DNA from: Candidatus Acetothermia bacterium
GTDB taxonomy: Bacteria; Bipolaricaulota; Bipolaricaulia; RBG-16-55-9; DRXL01
Length of the DNA stretch: 64,000 bases
Assembly (NCBI GenBank): GCA_016179105.1
Contig: JACOSB010000019.1
Location: 4,115-68,114, forward strand
Direction: 5' to 3'
The stretch's first letter is position 1, and every line of letters begins with the position of its first letter. The notes beneath the pieces are model-generated. The model searched no databases. It saw only the letters and a list, made by a program, of their open reading frames with translations, and had not been told where the DNA came from. The position numbers and the translations under genes are program-made. Positions 46,307 to 56,157 of the stretch are shown piece after piece.

Positions 46307-46345
46307 ACAGCGAAGCACCGGGGTTAACTCCTCGGTGCTTCTTCT
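46307..46345 (+). terminator. Rho-independent terminator
   Basis: gaagcaccgggg...cggtgcttc + ttctttttg. Confidence 0.6.
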
Positions 46346-46369
46346 TTTTGGGATAACCGGATGTCGGTC

Positions 46370-46397
46370 GTAGGGGCGCAGCGTGCTGCGCCCCTAC
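46370..46397. repeat. REP-like palindrome gtaggggcgcagcgtgctgcgcccctac
   Basis: Perfect 12-bp arms; same family. Confidence 0.75.
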
Positions 46398-46460
46398 ACG
46401 TGTTCTCTTTTGCGAAATTTTCAGCTATAATAGACCCAATTGCACGAGAGTGGGGAGTTT

Positions 46461-47216
46461 ATGACCATTTTGCCGATTCTCTTGCTGGGGTTCGCGCCGG
46501 GCGCTTTTTGGCTCTGGTACTTTTATCATCGCGACAAGCTCGAACCAGAGCCCCAATCCTTGGTCATTCGGACTTTCTTCTTTGGTTTGCTGATCGCGAT
46601 CCCCGCCGCGATCGTAGAAGTAGCTTTCTCTTGGCTCTTCGCGGCGTTGGGGCAGGTGGTCTTGATTGCCGTCATCGCTCCCGTAGTCGAAGAATATGCC
46701 AAATACCTCTGCGTGCGAAGGACGATCTACCGTGACGCCGAGTTTGACGAGCCGATGGATGGCATCGTATACGCCGCGGCGGCCGCTTTAGGATTTGCCT
46801 CGATCGAGAATGTTGGCTACTTACTCTTCGCCATCCGTGAGGGGGGCTGGACAGGGCTAGAGATCGCCTTTATTCTTCGCGCCCTGCTTTCGGTGCCCGG
46901 ACACGTCCTCTTCTCCAGCATCTGGGGAGGAGCCTTGGGCCGGGCTAAATTTATGCAAGACGCGGCTTCTGCCAATCGACTTATCCGTAACGGACTCTTC
47001 GGAGCCATGGCGCTGCACGGGCTCTTCAATTTCTTAGCCAGCTTCGAGTTAACGGGGAACGAACTTCTGGCCGTGCTCGGAGCCATCGGGCTCTTGATTC
47101 TGGTGGTCTTGGCCTGGGTTCGCATCCATCGGCGTATGAGCGAAGCGTTGCTCGACTCACCCTACAACCCGAGCAACATGACCCGACAAGAACCGTCCTC
47201 GCCCAGTCATCAATGA
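46461..47216 (+). CDS. prsW: PrsW-family intramembrane metalloprotease
   Basis: VVEEYAKY, ASIENVGY and HGLFNF motifs (EExxK / FxxxE-N / H) and multiple TM helices. Confidence 0.75.
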   Translation: MTILPILLLGFAPGAFWLWYFYHRDKLEPEPQSLVIRTFFFGLLIAIPAAIVEVAFSWLFAALGQVVLIAVIAPVVEEYAKYLCVRRTIYRDAEFDEPMDGIVYAAAAALGFASIENVGYLLFAIREGGWTGLEIAFILRALLSVPGHVLFSSIWGGALGRAKFMQDAASANRLIRNGLFGAMALHGLFNFLASFELTGNELLAVLGAIGLLILVVLAWVRIHRRMSEALLDSPYNPSNMTRQEPSSPSHQ

Positions 47217-47222
47217 AAATCT

Positions 47223-48665
47223 CTACGCTCGTAGGACGGGCTCTCGCGCCGCCCGCACGTCGTCCAGGCGCTTTACGGGAGTCACATGCGGCGCGCTCTT
47301 CAGAATCTCAGGGTTCTCCTTCATTTCTTTGGCAATCTGAAGCAGTGCGTCAACGAAATAATCCATCTCTTTTTTGCTGACCGTCTCTGTCGGCTCAACC
47401 ATCATCACTTCCGGCACAATCAATGGGAAATAGATCGATGAGGGGTGCACGCCAAAGTCAATCAATCTCTTCGCGATGTCGAGCGTGCGCAGATGCTCGT
47501 TCATCCCTTTGCTCGTGATGACGAACTCGTGCTTACAAACTCGGTCGAAGGGCGCTTTGTAGACGCTCTTCAACCGATGGAGCATATAGTTCGCGTTGAG
47601 TACGGCGTTGGTGCTGATGGCTCTGAGTCCTTCGTCGCCCATGATGCGAATGTAAGTGTACGCGCGCACGAGCATCCCAAAATTTCCGTAGAACGAGTGA
47701 ATCTTTCCAATCGAATCGGGGCGCGCGCAATCGAAAAAGTATTCGTCACCCTTTTTGCTTTTGTTAATGAGAGGCACGGGCAGATAGGGCGCGAGCGTTT
47801 TTACGACAGCGATCGGACCAGCGCCGGGGCCACCACCGCCGTGCGGCGTCGTGAACGTTTTGTGCAAATTATAGTGCATGATGTCGACGCCCATGTCGCC
47901 GGGCCGCGCTCGTCCTACAATTGCGTTGAGATTGGCACCGTCGTAATAGACGAAGCCGCCGACGTCATGGATCGTCTCGGTGATGTGCAAAATATCTTCT
48001 TCGAAAAGACCAAGGGTGTTCGGGTTCGTAATCATCAACCCGGCGACGGTCTCATCTACTTGAGCTTTGAGCGCTTCCAAATCAACCAGGCCGCGCTCGT
48101 TGGATTTCAGTTCGACGACCTCAAAGCCGAGAGCCGCAGCAGATGCCGGGTTTGTGCCGTGCGCTGAATCGGGCAATAGAATCTTCTTGCGCTTTTGCAG
48201 TTCTCCGCGCTTCTCAAAATACTTTTTGATAAGAAGCATGCCGGTGAGCTCGCCGTGCGCGCCCGCGACCGGCTGGAGCGTGATCGCGTCAAGTCCGGCG
48301 ATCTTACACAAGATTTGGCTCAGTTCGTGCATCAATTGGAGACATCCTTGGGAAAATTCTTCACTTTGAAAAGGGTGGGCGTAAGCAAATTGAGGCAAGC
48401 GAGCGGTCTCTTCGTTGATGCGCGGATTATACTTCATGGTGCAGCTGCCCAAAGGATAAATCCCGTCGTCGACGCCGTAGTTCATCTTGGAAAGTTTTGT
48501 GTAATGCCGAACGACCTCGATCTGAGAGACCTCGGGCAATTTGGGGTCTTCTTTGCGAATGAGTTCGGGGGAGAGCAGTTCTTCGATGGGCTTTTCGTCA
48601 AAATCCAATTCGGGCAGACGTAGGCCGTGACGGCCTTCGGCGCCGATCTCGAAAATCGTGGACAC
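47223..48665 (-). CDS. gcvPB: Glycine dehydrogenase (decarboxylating) subunit 2
   Basis: PLP-binding region and HGGGGPG motif; 480 aa. Confidence 0.9.
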   Translation of the reverse strand: MSTIFEIGAEGRHGLRLPELDFDEKPIEELLSPELIRKEDPKLPEVSQIEVVRHYTKLSKMNYGVDDGIYPLGSCTMKYNPRINEETARLPQFAYAHPFQSEEFSQGCLQLMHELSQILCKIAGLDAITLQPVAGAHGELTGMLLIKKYFEKRGELQKRKKILLPDSAHGTNPASAAALGFEVVELKSNERGLVDLEALKAQVDETVAGLMITNPNTLGLFEEDILHITETIHDVGGFVYYDGANLNAIVGRARPGDMGVDIMHYNLHKTFTTPHGGGGPGAGPIAVVKTLAPYLPVPLINKSKKGDEYFFDCARPDSIGKIHSFYGNFGMLVRAYTYIRIMGDEGLRAISTNAVLNANYMLHRLKSVYKAPFDRVCKHEFVITSKGMNEHLRTLDIAKRLIDFGVHPSSIYFPLIVPEVMMVEPTETVSKKEMDYFVDALLQIAKEMKENPEILKSAPHVTPVKRLDDVRAAREPVLRA

Positions 48666-48694
48666 GAGAAAACCTCCTCAAAATTCATCAATTA

Positions 48695-48814
48695 ACCGCC
48701 AAGACGCCAAGGGCACAGAGAACGGCTATTGGCTTTTCGCTTTTGGCTGTTAGTTAGCAGCGAATCTCCAAAAGCCAACATCGAATTTCTTGGCGTTCTT
48801 GGCGCCTTGGCGGT
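48695..48814. repeat. Structured intergenic element between gcvPA and gcvPB: inverted arms aaccgccaagacgccaaggg / cttggcgttcttggcgccttggcggtt, containing a triple CTTGGCG direct repeat
   Basis: Read directly; the 3' arm recurs at 52441-52467. Confidence 0.6.
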
Positions 48815-48827
48815 TTCGATAACGTTT

Positions 48828-50159
48828 TTAATGTGTAAGCACCTTCACAAACCGATCCATCTCTTCTTTGGTGCGCTTCTCAGTGACCGCGAGCAAGATA
48901 TTATTCCCGTCGAGCAAACCAAAGGGTTCTAAGTCAATACCGCCCAAGAACCCTTCTTTCTGGGCTTTCTTCAAAAGACTCGACGGCTTCTTGCGCGTCT
49001 CGATCACGAACTCATTGAAGAAGGGGCTTGCGAATTTGACCTTAAAACCCTTAGCTCGAGAGAGCTTCGCTGCCAAATAATGTGCCTTTTGTAGATTGAG
49101 TTCGGCGAGCTGTCTGATCCTGCGCCTCCCCAAGAGAGACATATAAATTGTCGCCATGAGCGCGCAGAGCGCTTGATTGGTGCAGATGTTGCTGGTTGCT
49201 TTGTCGCGGCGAATGTGTTGCTCTCTGGTTTGCAACGCCATCACGTAGCCCGTCTTGCCCTCCGTATCGACCGTGCGGCCAGACAGTCGCCCCGGCATTT
49301 TTCGTACATAACTCATCCGCGTTGAGAACAGTCCAAGCAATGGTCCGCCGAAGCTCATCGGGACGCCGAGCGTTTGCCCTTCACCCACGTAAATATCCGT
49401 TCCGTACGTGCCCGGCGGCGCGAGCACGCCCAGAGAAATCGGATTGGCGCTCACGATCAACATCGCGTTGCCGATCATCTGTTTGATCCGTGAAAGGTCT
49501 TCGATGACGCCGAAGAAGTTTGGGTTCTGGACGATCACCCCGCCCAACCCTTGGAGATTCTGACGAATAAATTCTTGGTCGATGCGCCCATCTTCGCCGA
49601 ACAGAATTTCTTCAATCTCTAGGTCAGCCCCCCACGCGTAAGTGTCGAGCACCGAGCGATAGTTGGGATTGAGACTCCGAGCAACGAGAAATTTTTTATT
49701 CTCCGTGACGTTCTTGGCCATGAGCATCGCTTCGGCCAGAGCCGAGCCGCCGTCGTAGAGCGAAGCGTTAGCGACTTCCATCCCCGTCAGTTCGCAGATC
49801 ATCGTCTGGAACTCGAACATCCAGGTGAGTGTTCCTTGGCTCAGCTCGGCTTGGTAGGGCGTGTAGGTCGTGAAGAACTCAGAGCGCTGTATAAGATGGC
49901 CGACGACGCTTGGGATGTAATGATCGTAGACGCCGCCCCCCAAAAAACTCACATATTCGTCGGGGTTGAGGCTCTCGTGAGCGATTGAACCGAGCAGGCG
50001 TTTGGCTTCGAGTTCGCTCATCGGCTCAAGGCCGACTTTTTCGAATTTATCCAAAACGCGTCGAGGAATGTCGGCGAACAACTCTTCGAGGGAAGACAAG
50101 CCGATCGCGGCCAGCATCTCGCGCTGGTCTTCCGGTGTGTTGGGAATATACTCAAACAT
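48828..50159 (-). CDS. gcvPA: Glycine dehydrogenase (decarboxylating) subunit 1
   Basis: MFEYIPNTPEDQREMLAAIG... is a typical GcvPA N-terminus. Confidence 0.9.
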   Translation of the reverse strand: MFEYIPNTPEDQREMLAAIGLSSLEELFADIPRRVLDKFEKVGLEPMSELEAKRLLGSIAHESLNPDEYVSFLGGGVYDHYIPSVVGHLIQRSEFFTTYTPYQAELSQGTLTWMFEFQTMICELTGMEVANASLYDGGSALAEAMLMAKNVTENKKFLVARSLNPNYRSVLDTYAWGADLEIEEILFGEDGRIDQEFIRQNLQGLGGVIVQNPNFFGVIEDLSRIKQMIGNAMLIVSANPISLGVLAPPGTYGTDIYVGEGQTLGVPMSFGGPLLGLFSTRMSYVRKMPGRLSGRTVDTEGKTGYVMALQTREQHIRRDKATSNICTNQALCALMATIYMSLLGRRRIRQLAELNLQKAHYLAAKLSRAKGFKVKFASPFFNEFVIETRKKPSSLLKKAQKEGFLGGIDLEPFGLLDGNNILLAVTEKRTKEEMDRFVKVLTH

Positions 50160-50167
50160 ATTTTTTG

Positions 50168-50551
50168 TTATTTGCCCCCGATATGTTTTTCGTAGTCCGC
50201 CGCAGTGAGTAGATTGTCCAATTCCTTGGGGGTGTCTATTCTGAGTACGACCATCCAGCCCTCAGTATGAGGAGACTTATTGATAAGCTCGGGCTGGTTT
50301 TCTAATTTTTTATTGACTTCAATCACTTCGCCGCTCACCGGGGCATAGACTTCGCTGGCAGCTTTCACGGATTCTACGACCGCGAAAGATTCGTGCTGTT
50401 TCACTTTGCGTCCGACTTTGGGCAGTTCGACGTAGACCACATCGCCGAGTTCGTGCTGGGCGAAGTCGGTGATGCCCATGCGGGCGTTGGCACCTTCAAG
50501 TTTGACCCATTCGTGTTCTTTGGAATAGCGATACTCCGACGGATAGGGCAT
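50168..50551 (-). CDS. gcvH: Glycine cleavage system H protein
   Basis: Lipoyl-lysine motif ESVKAASEV; 127 aa. Confidence 0.9.
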   Translation of the reverse strand: MPYPSEYRYSKEHEWVKLEGANARMGITDFAQHELGDVVYVELPKVGRKVKQHESFAVVESVKAASEVYAPVSGEVIEVNKKLENQPELINKSPHTEGWMVVLRIDTPKELDNLLTAADYEKHIGGK

Positions 50552-50857
50552 TGCTGTTCTCGCTCGGAGTGCGAGCGAGAGCCTCCTTTTCTCTCAATCT
50601 CCCTAAACTATAGCGGGTGCTCCTCAATGGAGCAAATGCCTGCGATTTCTCAATTAGTTCTCCTTGCATCTCATAAAATAGTTTCTTCTCGTTTTCCACC
50701 CAATTTGAACCTGGTCTCCATCAGTTCTCCATAATTTGTGGTTATAATTCATCTTTTACTCGGAAAAAATCGAAGTTCTTCGTTTTAGCCTTGATTTTTG
50801 GTCGATTATCGGTTAGAACTATAGCATGAAAAATTTATCCTAAAGGGTGACCAATTC

Positions 50858-51822
50858 ATGCAAAAGCGGATCGTTGCTGTATGCGCAGTTGTCTTATTGT
50901 TGGCCGTCGTGGCCATCGGAACCACGTATTCCCAGCAGGTTGCGAATACGATTAGTACAGGCAGGCTCTTTTTCGGAGACATGTCGTCAACGCAGGAGCG
51001 AATACGGCGAAGTCGACCGATAAAGTCAAGGGTAACCCGCTCGATGCGACAATTTCCGGAGACGGTAAGAAAGTTTTCGTCGCCGGCGGCGGAGCTCCCT
51101 TCGGCAAAGAGGCGGGGTCTATCGGGGTCTACGATGTCGCATCCGGCCAAATCAGCAAGATTAACGTGGACACGGCGGTCGTCACAGGCCTGAGGGTCAC
51201 CCGCGATGGCAAAGAGCTGTACTACACAGACTATAAAGCGGGTACTCTGTTTGGGGTCGACACCGCCTCAGGCCAAAAGAATTTCGAGTTGGCTCTCCCC
51301 AGCTTTGCTGCTTTTAAGGTGGCTCTGAGTGCGGATGGGAATACGGCCTATGTGACGGGCGCCGTCCGCGGAAAGAGCGTCTACGGCGTGCGCGTGGTCG
51401 ATCTGGCTGGCAAGAAGATCGCTACTAGCATCGATACGGAATTGTCATACGGTGGCAGCGACATCGCGGAGACCACTTCTGCGGTGAGCAAAGATGGAAA
51501 GACACTGGTCATCAGTGAAGCCAACGATGGCGGTAACAAGGCTTCGGTCGTCGACCTCGCGGGCGGGAAGGTTACAGCGACGGTCGAACTGGGCTCTACG
51601 CCGATCGGAGTGGCCATTGCTCCCGACGGGAAGACGGCCTATGTGGGCGGCTTTGAGGATGAAGTCGTCTTCGTCATTGACCTAGGGAGCAACGCCGTCA
51701 AGGGCAAAATCGAGCTTAAAACAACCTGTGGCGTCTACGATTTGAAAATCTCTCCCGACGGCAAGACCCTCTATGCGGCCTGTCAAAAGGGCGCTGGGGG
51801 AGTCATCAAGATCGCTCTATAA
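50858..51822 (+). pseudogene. YVTN-repeat beta-propeller secreted protein disrupted by a frameshift at a T5 run (50981-50985)
   Basis: Frame 1 (50858..) gives signal peptide MQKRIVAVCAVVLLLAVVAIG then nonsense. A second frame open from 50954 gives continuous YVTN-like sequence (VVNAGANTAKSTDKVKGNPLDATISGDGKKVFVAGGG...) joining the 51166..51822 ORF. Adding one T to the run fuses the frames. Confidence 0.6.
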
Positions 51823-51852
51823 TAAACCACACTCTCTTCACTAGAGAAACGA

Positions 51853-51884
51853 AAAGGGGCCGCTGCTCGGCCCCTTTTTCTTTT
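51853..51884. terminator. Bidirectional rho-independent terminator between convergent genes
   Basis: aaaaggggccgctgctcggcccctttttctttt. Confidence 0.7.
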
Positions 51885-52362
51885 ACAGAATTGCCACGAG
51901 TCCTCTCAGCCAGAAGCGCTGAAAGAGCCAGAAGAGCATCGCGAAATAAACTATCAAAAGCACCAGCCATCCTAAAAAAATTTTGAGGTCTGCCCAGCGT
52001 CGTTCAGTTCGTTTCCAATAGAACGCTCCACAATCGAGGGCTAAGCTCGCGTTCACCAAGACCAGTGCGAGAGCCAGTGGGCTGCTAGGGTCTGTGTCGA
52101 GCGCGACCCGCCAGTTGAACCAAAGGCCAAATCCTGAGGTAATGACCCAGCGCGTCAATCCGAGATGCATGATGCTCCACATAAGCCCCAAAGCAATCCC
52201 GTAGAGCACGCTATTTTTAAGTTCGCGACGCACGAGCCATAGGAGCAAGACATAGAGCAGCGACTGGCCCACATTGAAGAAGAAGAGCTCTGGGGCAAGC
52301 AGGCCCGCCCCGAGTTGGAACAACGCCCCTGCCCACGCGAGCCCCAAGACCCAGCGCGACAT
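51883..52362 (-). CDS. Integral membrane protein, unknown function (159 aa, about 5 TM)
   Basis: Hydrophobicity only. Confidence 0.45.
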   Translation of the reverse strand: MSRWVLGLAWAGALFQLGAGLLAPELFFFNVGQSLLYVLLLWLVRRELKNSVLYGIALGLMWSIMHLGLTRWVITSGFGLWFNWRVALDTDPSSPLALALVLVNASLALDCGAFYWKRTERRWADLKIFLGWLVLLIVYFAMLFWLFQRFWLRGLVAIL

Positions 52363-52440
52363 GTCTTATGTATGGCGACAATCGGCCGTGTTGGCTCTAA
52401 ATGCGCTCGGCAACCCTAGAGAGATGCACTTACAATTTAT

Positions 52441-52467
52441 TCTTGGCGCTCTTGGCGTCTTGGCGGT
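52441..52467. repeat. Second copy of the triple CTTGGCG element (cttggcgctcttggcgtcttggcggtt)
   Basis: Lies between prfA and the downstream membrane gene on the same strand; 24/27 identical to 48788-48814. Confidence 0.6.
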
Positions 52468-52481
52468 TGTTGTCAAAGTTC

Positions 52482-53573
52482 TCACGAGAAGGCTTTGGCG
52501 GAGGTCTCTAACTCGGCGAGCTGGTCCTCGCGATAAGCTTTCGCGAGCGCATCGATCAGCTCATCGATGTTGCCCTCCATCACTTCAGGCAACTGGTGTA
52601 GCGTCAGATCGATGCGATGGTCCGTCACTCGATTTTGCGGGAAGTTATACGTGCGAATTTTTTCCGAGCGCGCGGCGCTTCCAACCTGAATGCGACGTTG
52701 CTGCGATTGCTTTTTTTGCTGCTCTTCCTCATGCTTTTCTTGGAGCCGCGCTCGCAATAATTTAAGCGCTTTCTCTTTATTTTTATGTTGAGAGCGCTCC
52801 TCTTGGCACGCGACGACAAGTCCCGATGGTTTGTGCAAGATACGAACAGCGGATTCGACTTTGTTCACGTTCTGACCGCCGGGGCCGCTGGAGCGGAACG
52901 TCGCTATCTCCACGTCCTCGTCCTTGATCACAATATCGACGTCTTGCACTTCGGGAAGCACTGCAACAGTAACGGTCGACGTATGCACACGTCCAGAAGC
53001 TTCGGTATCGGGCACGCGCTGCACCCGATGCACGCCACTCTCGAACTTAAACTTCCCGTACGCGCCGTTGCCGACAACAGAGAAAGTCACTTGCTTGAAG
53101 CCGCCCAAGGGCGTCGTGTGCGCCTCAAGAATATCGATTTTGAGTCGGTGCGTTTCGGCATATTTTTGGTACATCCGCAAAAGCTCGGCTGCGAAGAGCG
53201 CAGACTCATCTCCGCCGGCGCCGCCGCGAATTTCAATGATGGCGTTGTTCGCATCACGCGGGTCCTCCGGCACGAGCGAGAGGCGAATCTGTTCGAGCAG
53301 TTTGTCGCGTTCGCTCTCGGCGTGCGTCAGTTCCTCTTGGGCGAGCGCGCGCAACTCTCCATCGCCTGTTTCGCTCATTAAAACCTTCGCACCGTCGATC
53401 GTCTTGTCCAAAGTTTTCAAGCGTTCGTAGGGCTCCACGATCTTTCGCAAGCGCGCGTATTTCTGAGAAATTTCCAGATAACGCGGACCACCGATGACTT
53501 CGGGTTTCCCCATCTCTTCTTCCAGCGCCCGATACTCGCGGGCGATCTCTTCGAGTTTATTACGAATTAGCAT
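52482..53573 (-). CDS. prfA: Peptide chain release factor 1
   Basis: GGQ motif (SGPGGQNVNK); RF1-type recognition region RVQRVPDTEASGRVHTS (PxT class); no frameshift site. Confidence 0.85.
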   Translation of the reverse strand: MLIRNKLEEIAREYRALEEEMGKPEVIGGPRYLEISQKYARLRKIVEPYERLKTLDKTIDGAKVLMSETGDGELRALAQEELTHAESERDKLLEQIRLSLVPEDPRDANNAIIEIRGGAGGDESALFAAELLRMYQKYAETHRLKIDILEAHTTPLGGFKQVTFSVVGNGAYGKFKFESGVHRVQRVPDTEASGRVHTSTVTVAVLPEVQDVDIVIKDEDVEIATFRSSGPGGQNVNKVESAVRILHKPSGLVVACQEERSQHKNKEKALKLLRARLQEKHEEEQQKKQSQQRRIQVGSAARSEKIRTYNFPQNRVTDHRIDLTLHQLPEVMEGNIDELIDALAKAYREDQLAELETSAKAFS

Positions 53574-53661
53574 AACTGTTCATTTAAGCGAATCCCCTTT
53601 TCTGATGCAAGCTTGCTTCAATACAGCAAATAAATGTACAATGAACTCGGAGGAATGATTT

Positions 53662-54924
53662 TTGATGAAATCTTTGACACGTCGCACGTTTATCAAAACA
53701 ACGTTAGGACTGGGAGCTGCAGCTCCTGCGTTATTCTTCAGCCACACGTATTCTCAAGCGAAGCCACTGATTCTTGGACTCCAAGCAGACTTGATGGGCT
53801 CTCTGCTCGACTATGGCTACTGGCATGACAGGGTCGTTCGAGCCGCCATCAAGAAGCTCAATCAAGAGGGCGGCATCGCCGGGCGCGAAATCCAACTCTT
53901 GGTCGAAGATACAGAAACAAACTCTGAGACCGGCCGGCGCAAGTTACAGAAAATGGCCGATGCCGGAGCTGACTTTGTGATCGGCTCGCAAAGCTCCGCC
54001 GTAGCGATTGCGAGCTTGCCCTTGGCTCAAGAATTAAAGCTCGTTTATTTTACTCTAGGCGAGGCGACCGAGATCACGGGCGAGGCTGGCAATCGCTATA
54101 TCTTTCGGCCCAACCACTCGGTCCGCTCGCACGCGACGGTCGCGTATAAATGGGCCGTCGAGAACTTGGGCAAGCGCTGGACGATTCTCGTGGCGGACTA
54201 TGCGTTTGGCCAATCGCACGCGGCCGAATGGCCTCCGCTGATAAAAAGTGTCGGCGGCGAAGTGCTCAACGTTTTCGCAATCCCGCTCTCGACCCAAGAC
54301 TTTGTCCCGTTTTTGAGCAAAGTCGATCGCGCTCGCACGGAAGTTCTCTTTCACGTCTTCCCCGGTGCGAACGCCTTGCGTTTCATGACACAAGCGGCTG
54401 AGCAAGGGCTCTTCGACAAAGCCCATGTCTTCGGGGTCATCTGCACGGTCGATGGCATTCGTTTAGAAGACGTGCCCAAGATCGAGGGTAGCTGGTATCT
54501 TTCCAATCATCCGCATCGGCTCGAGGATGTCCCTGCAAAAATAAAACCTTTCGATGAACAGTTTCGCCAGCTCATCGGCGCGACCGCTGAAGGAAACGAA
54601 CTGAATACAAATCGTTCGACAACGGGCTCGCACTATTGGTACGGCTGGGAAGCGATGCATCTTCTCAAGCGAGCAGTCGAAGAGACGAACTGGAAAAGCA
54701 AGTCCAATAATCCAGAATTAATTAAATTTCTAGAGGGGATCAAAGTGGAGGCCGGCTTGGCTTTCCCCCAGGGTGACAAATTCATTCGCGCCGAAGACCA
54801 TCAGGCGTTCCACGATCATTACATTGAGCGCTTTGAGGGTGGGAAACTACGAGTGAAGCTGCGCTTGGAAAAAGAGAAAGCGATCTACGCGCCGCTGGCG
54901 AATTACTCCAAGCAGGGATTTTAA
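53662..54924 (+). CDS. ABC transporter substrate-binding protein, PBP1 (Leu/Ile/Val/urea-binding family), Tat signal
   Basis: Twin-arginine signal MMKSLTRRTFIKTTLGLGAAAPALF; LivJ-like periplasmic binding fold pattern. Confidence 0.7.
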   Translation: MMKSLTRRTFIKTTLGLGAAAPALFFSHTYSQAKPLILGLQADLMGSLLDYGYWHDRVVRAAIKKLNQEGGIAGREIQLLVEDTETNSETGRRKLQKMADAGADFVIGSQSSAVAIASLPLAQELKLVYFTLGEATEITGEAGNRYIFRPNHSVRSHATVAYKWAVENLGKRWTILVADYAFGQSHAAEWPPLIKSVGGEVLNVFAIPLSTQDFVPFLSKVDRARTEVLFHVFPGANALRFMTQAAEQGLFDKAHVFGVICTVDGIRLEDVPKIEGSWYLSNHPHRLEDVPAKIKPFDEQFRQLIGATAEGNELNTNRSTTGSHYWYGWEAMHLLKRAVEETNWKSKSNNPELIKFLEGIKVEAGLAFPQGDKFIRAEDHQAFHDHYIERFEGGKLRVKLRLEKEKAIYAPLANYSKQGF

Positions 54925-54990
54925 CTGCTGAGACACTAAGAAATTAACCGTATAGGGCAAGACATGCCTTGCCCCTGCGGCATTCTTGGG

Positions 54991-55019
54991 GTTGACGCTG
55001 TTTGCACGCTCCCAGACCC
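54991..55019 (+). promoter_or_regulatory. Sigma70-like promoter TTGCAC-N17-TAAGAT
   Basis: ttgcacgctcccagaccctctgttaagat upstream of the GAF gene. Confidence 0.4.
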
Positions 55020-55048
55020 TCTGTTAAGATCGGTCTGAAGGAGAATGG

Positions 55049-55489
55049 ATGGATTTATTGAAACAATTAGAAAAAGAAACCCAATCGCTGGATTTTCCTG
55101 AAACTATCGAGATCGCGGTCAAATTTCTAAGAAAGCAAGTCAAGCACTACAACTGGGTCGGAATCTATATGCTCGAGGGCGAAGAGTTGGTGCTGCGCGC
55201 CTGGGATGGCCCCGAAGCGACCGAGCATGTGCGCATCCCGATCGGTGCGGGGATTTGCGGGCTCGCTGCACGTGAGAAGCGCACCGTCATCGTCGGCGAT
55301 GTGAACACAGATCCAAGATATCTGGCCTGCTTTCCTTACACACGTTCAGAAATAGTTGTGCCGCTCTTCAAGACTGGAAAAGTAATCGGCGAGATCGACA
55401 TCGACAGCAACACGCCGCACGCCTTCACCGAAAAGGACAGAAGTTTTTTAGAACAAATCGCACATTTCTTGGGCACCAAGCATCGCTAA
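55049..55489 (+). CDS. GAF-domain protein of the free methionine-(R)-sulfoxide reductase (MsrC/YebR) type
   Basis: NWVGIYML...GAGICG...DVNTDPRYLACFPYTRSEIVVPL...GEIDIDS pattern; 146 aa. Confidence 0.6.
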   Translation: MDLLKQLEKETQSLDFPETIEIAVKFLRKQVKHYNWVGIYMLEGEELVLRAWDGPEATEHVRIPIGAGICGLAAREKRTVIVGDVNTDPRYLACFPYTRSEIVVPLFKTGKVIGEIDIDSNTPHAFTEKDRSFLEQIAHFLGTKHR

Positions 55490-55512
55490 TTTTACACGAG
55501 AAAGGCAGCGAC

Positions 55513-56157
55513 ATGGCCAAAAAGAGTGCTTCCGCCAAATTCGAAAAATTTGTGCTCGACCCGAGTGTGATCGTCGACGGACGGATCACCGAAGAAGTGA
55601 GAAAGGGCAATTATCCCAATGCTGTTTTCGTCGTGCCCGAGGCGGCTCTCGCTCAATTAGAAGCCCAAGCCAGCCGCGGTCAAGAAACCGGCTATGCCGG
55701 GTTGAATGAACTCAAACAACTTCAGCAACTGGCGTGGGAGGGCAAAATTCAAGTCGCGTTTCGAGGGGAACGCCCACGCCTTGATCCCATGCGCCTTGCC
55801 GAATCGGGTGAAATCCACGCGATGGTGCGCGCCGTGGCTGAAGAAGAGACCGCGATTCTTATCACGAGCAGCCGCAGCCAAGCGCTCGTCTGCGAAGCCA
55901 AGGCCATTCCCATTCGGTTCATCGGAGCCGCCACCGGCGGGCGGGGATTGGAGCAATTGGAGTTGATGCAATTTTTTGATGACCAAACGATGTCGGTGCA
56001 CCTACGCTCTAAGACACGTCCCAAAGCAAAGCGCGGGGGACCGGGACAATTGAAGATCGATACGCTGCGCGAGGAGCCGATGACCGAGAAAGAGATCGAG
56101 CGCATCGCTCGAGAAATCGTCGAGGTCGCGAAGGGCCATCCCGAAGGGTTTATCTAG
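55513..56157 (+). CDS. PIN-domain N-terminal portion of a PIN-ATPase-KH (COG1855-like) protein
   Basis: [13 protein letters not shown]... is PIN-like. Ends at a TAG that is immediately followed, in the same frame, by the ATPase ORF. Confidence 0.5.
   Translation: MAKKSASAKFEKFVLDPSVIVDGRITEEVRKGNYPNAVFVVPEAALAQLEAQASRGQETGYAGLNELKQLQQLAWEGKIQVAFRGERPRLDPMRLAESGEIHAMVRAVAEEETAILITSSRSQALVCEAKAIPIRFIGAATGGRGLEQLELMQFFDDQTMSVHLRSKTRPKAKRGGPGQLKIDTLREEPMTEKEIERIAREIVEVAKGHPEGFI

Noticed and set aside
50552-50857. Glycine riboswitch upstream of gcvH (minus strand)
   Set aside because: I looked for the GGAGAG...CTCTGGAGAG...ACCGAAGGGGCAA consensus on the minus strand and found only a short GGGAGATTGAGAG stretch plus an ordinary hairpin. 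That is not enough to call it.
54952-54971. Hairpin gggcaag-acatgc-cttgccc after the ABC binding-protein gene, considered as a sixth REP-family member
   Set aside because: It shares only the CATG centre and a short GGGC/GCCC stem and lacks the GTAGGGGCG arms. It is more likely a simple terminator hairpin.
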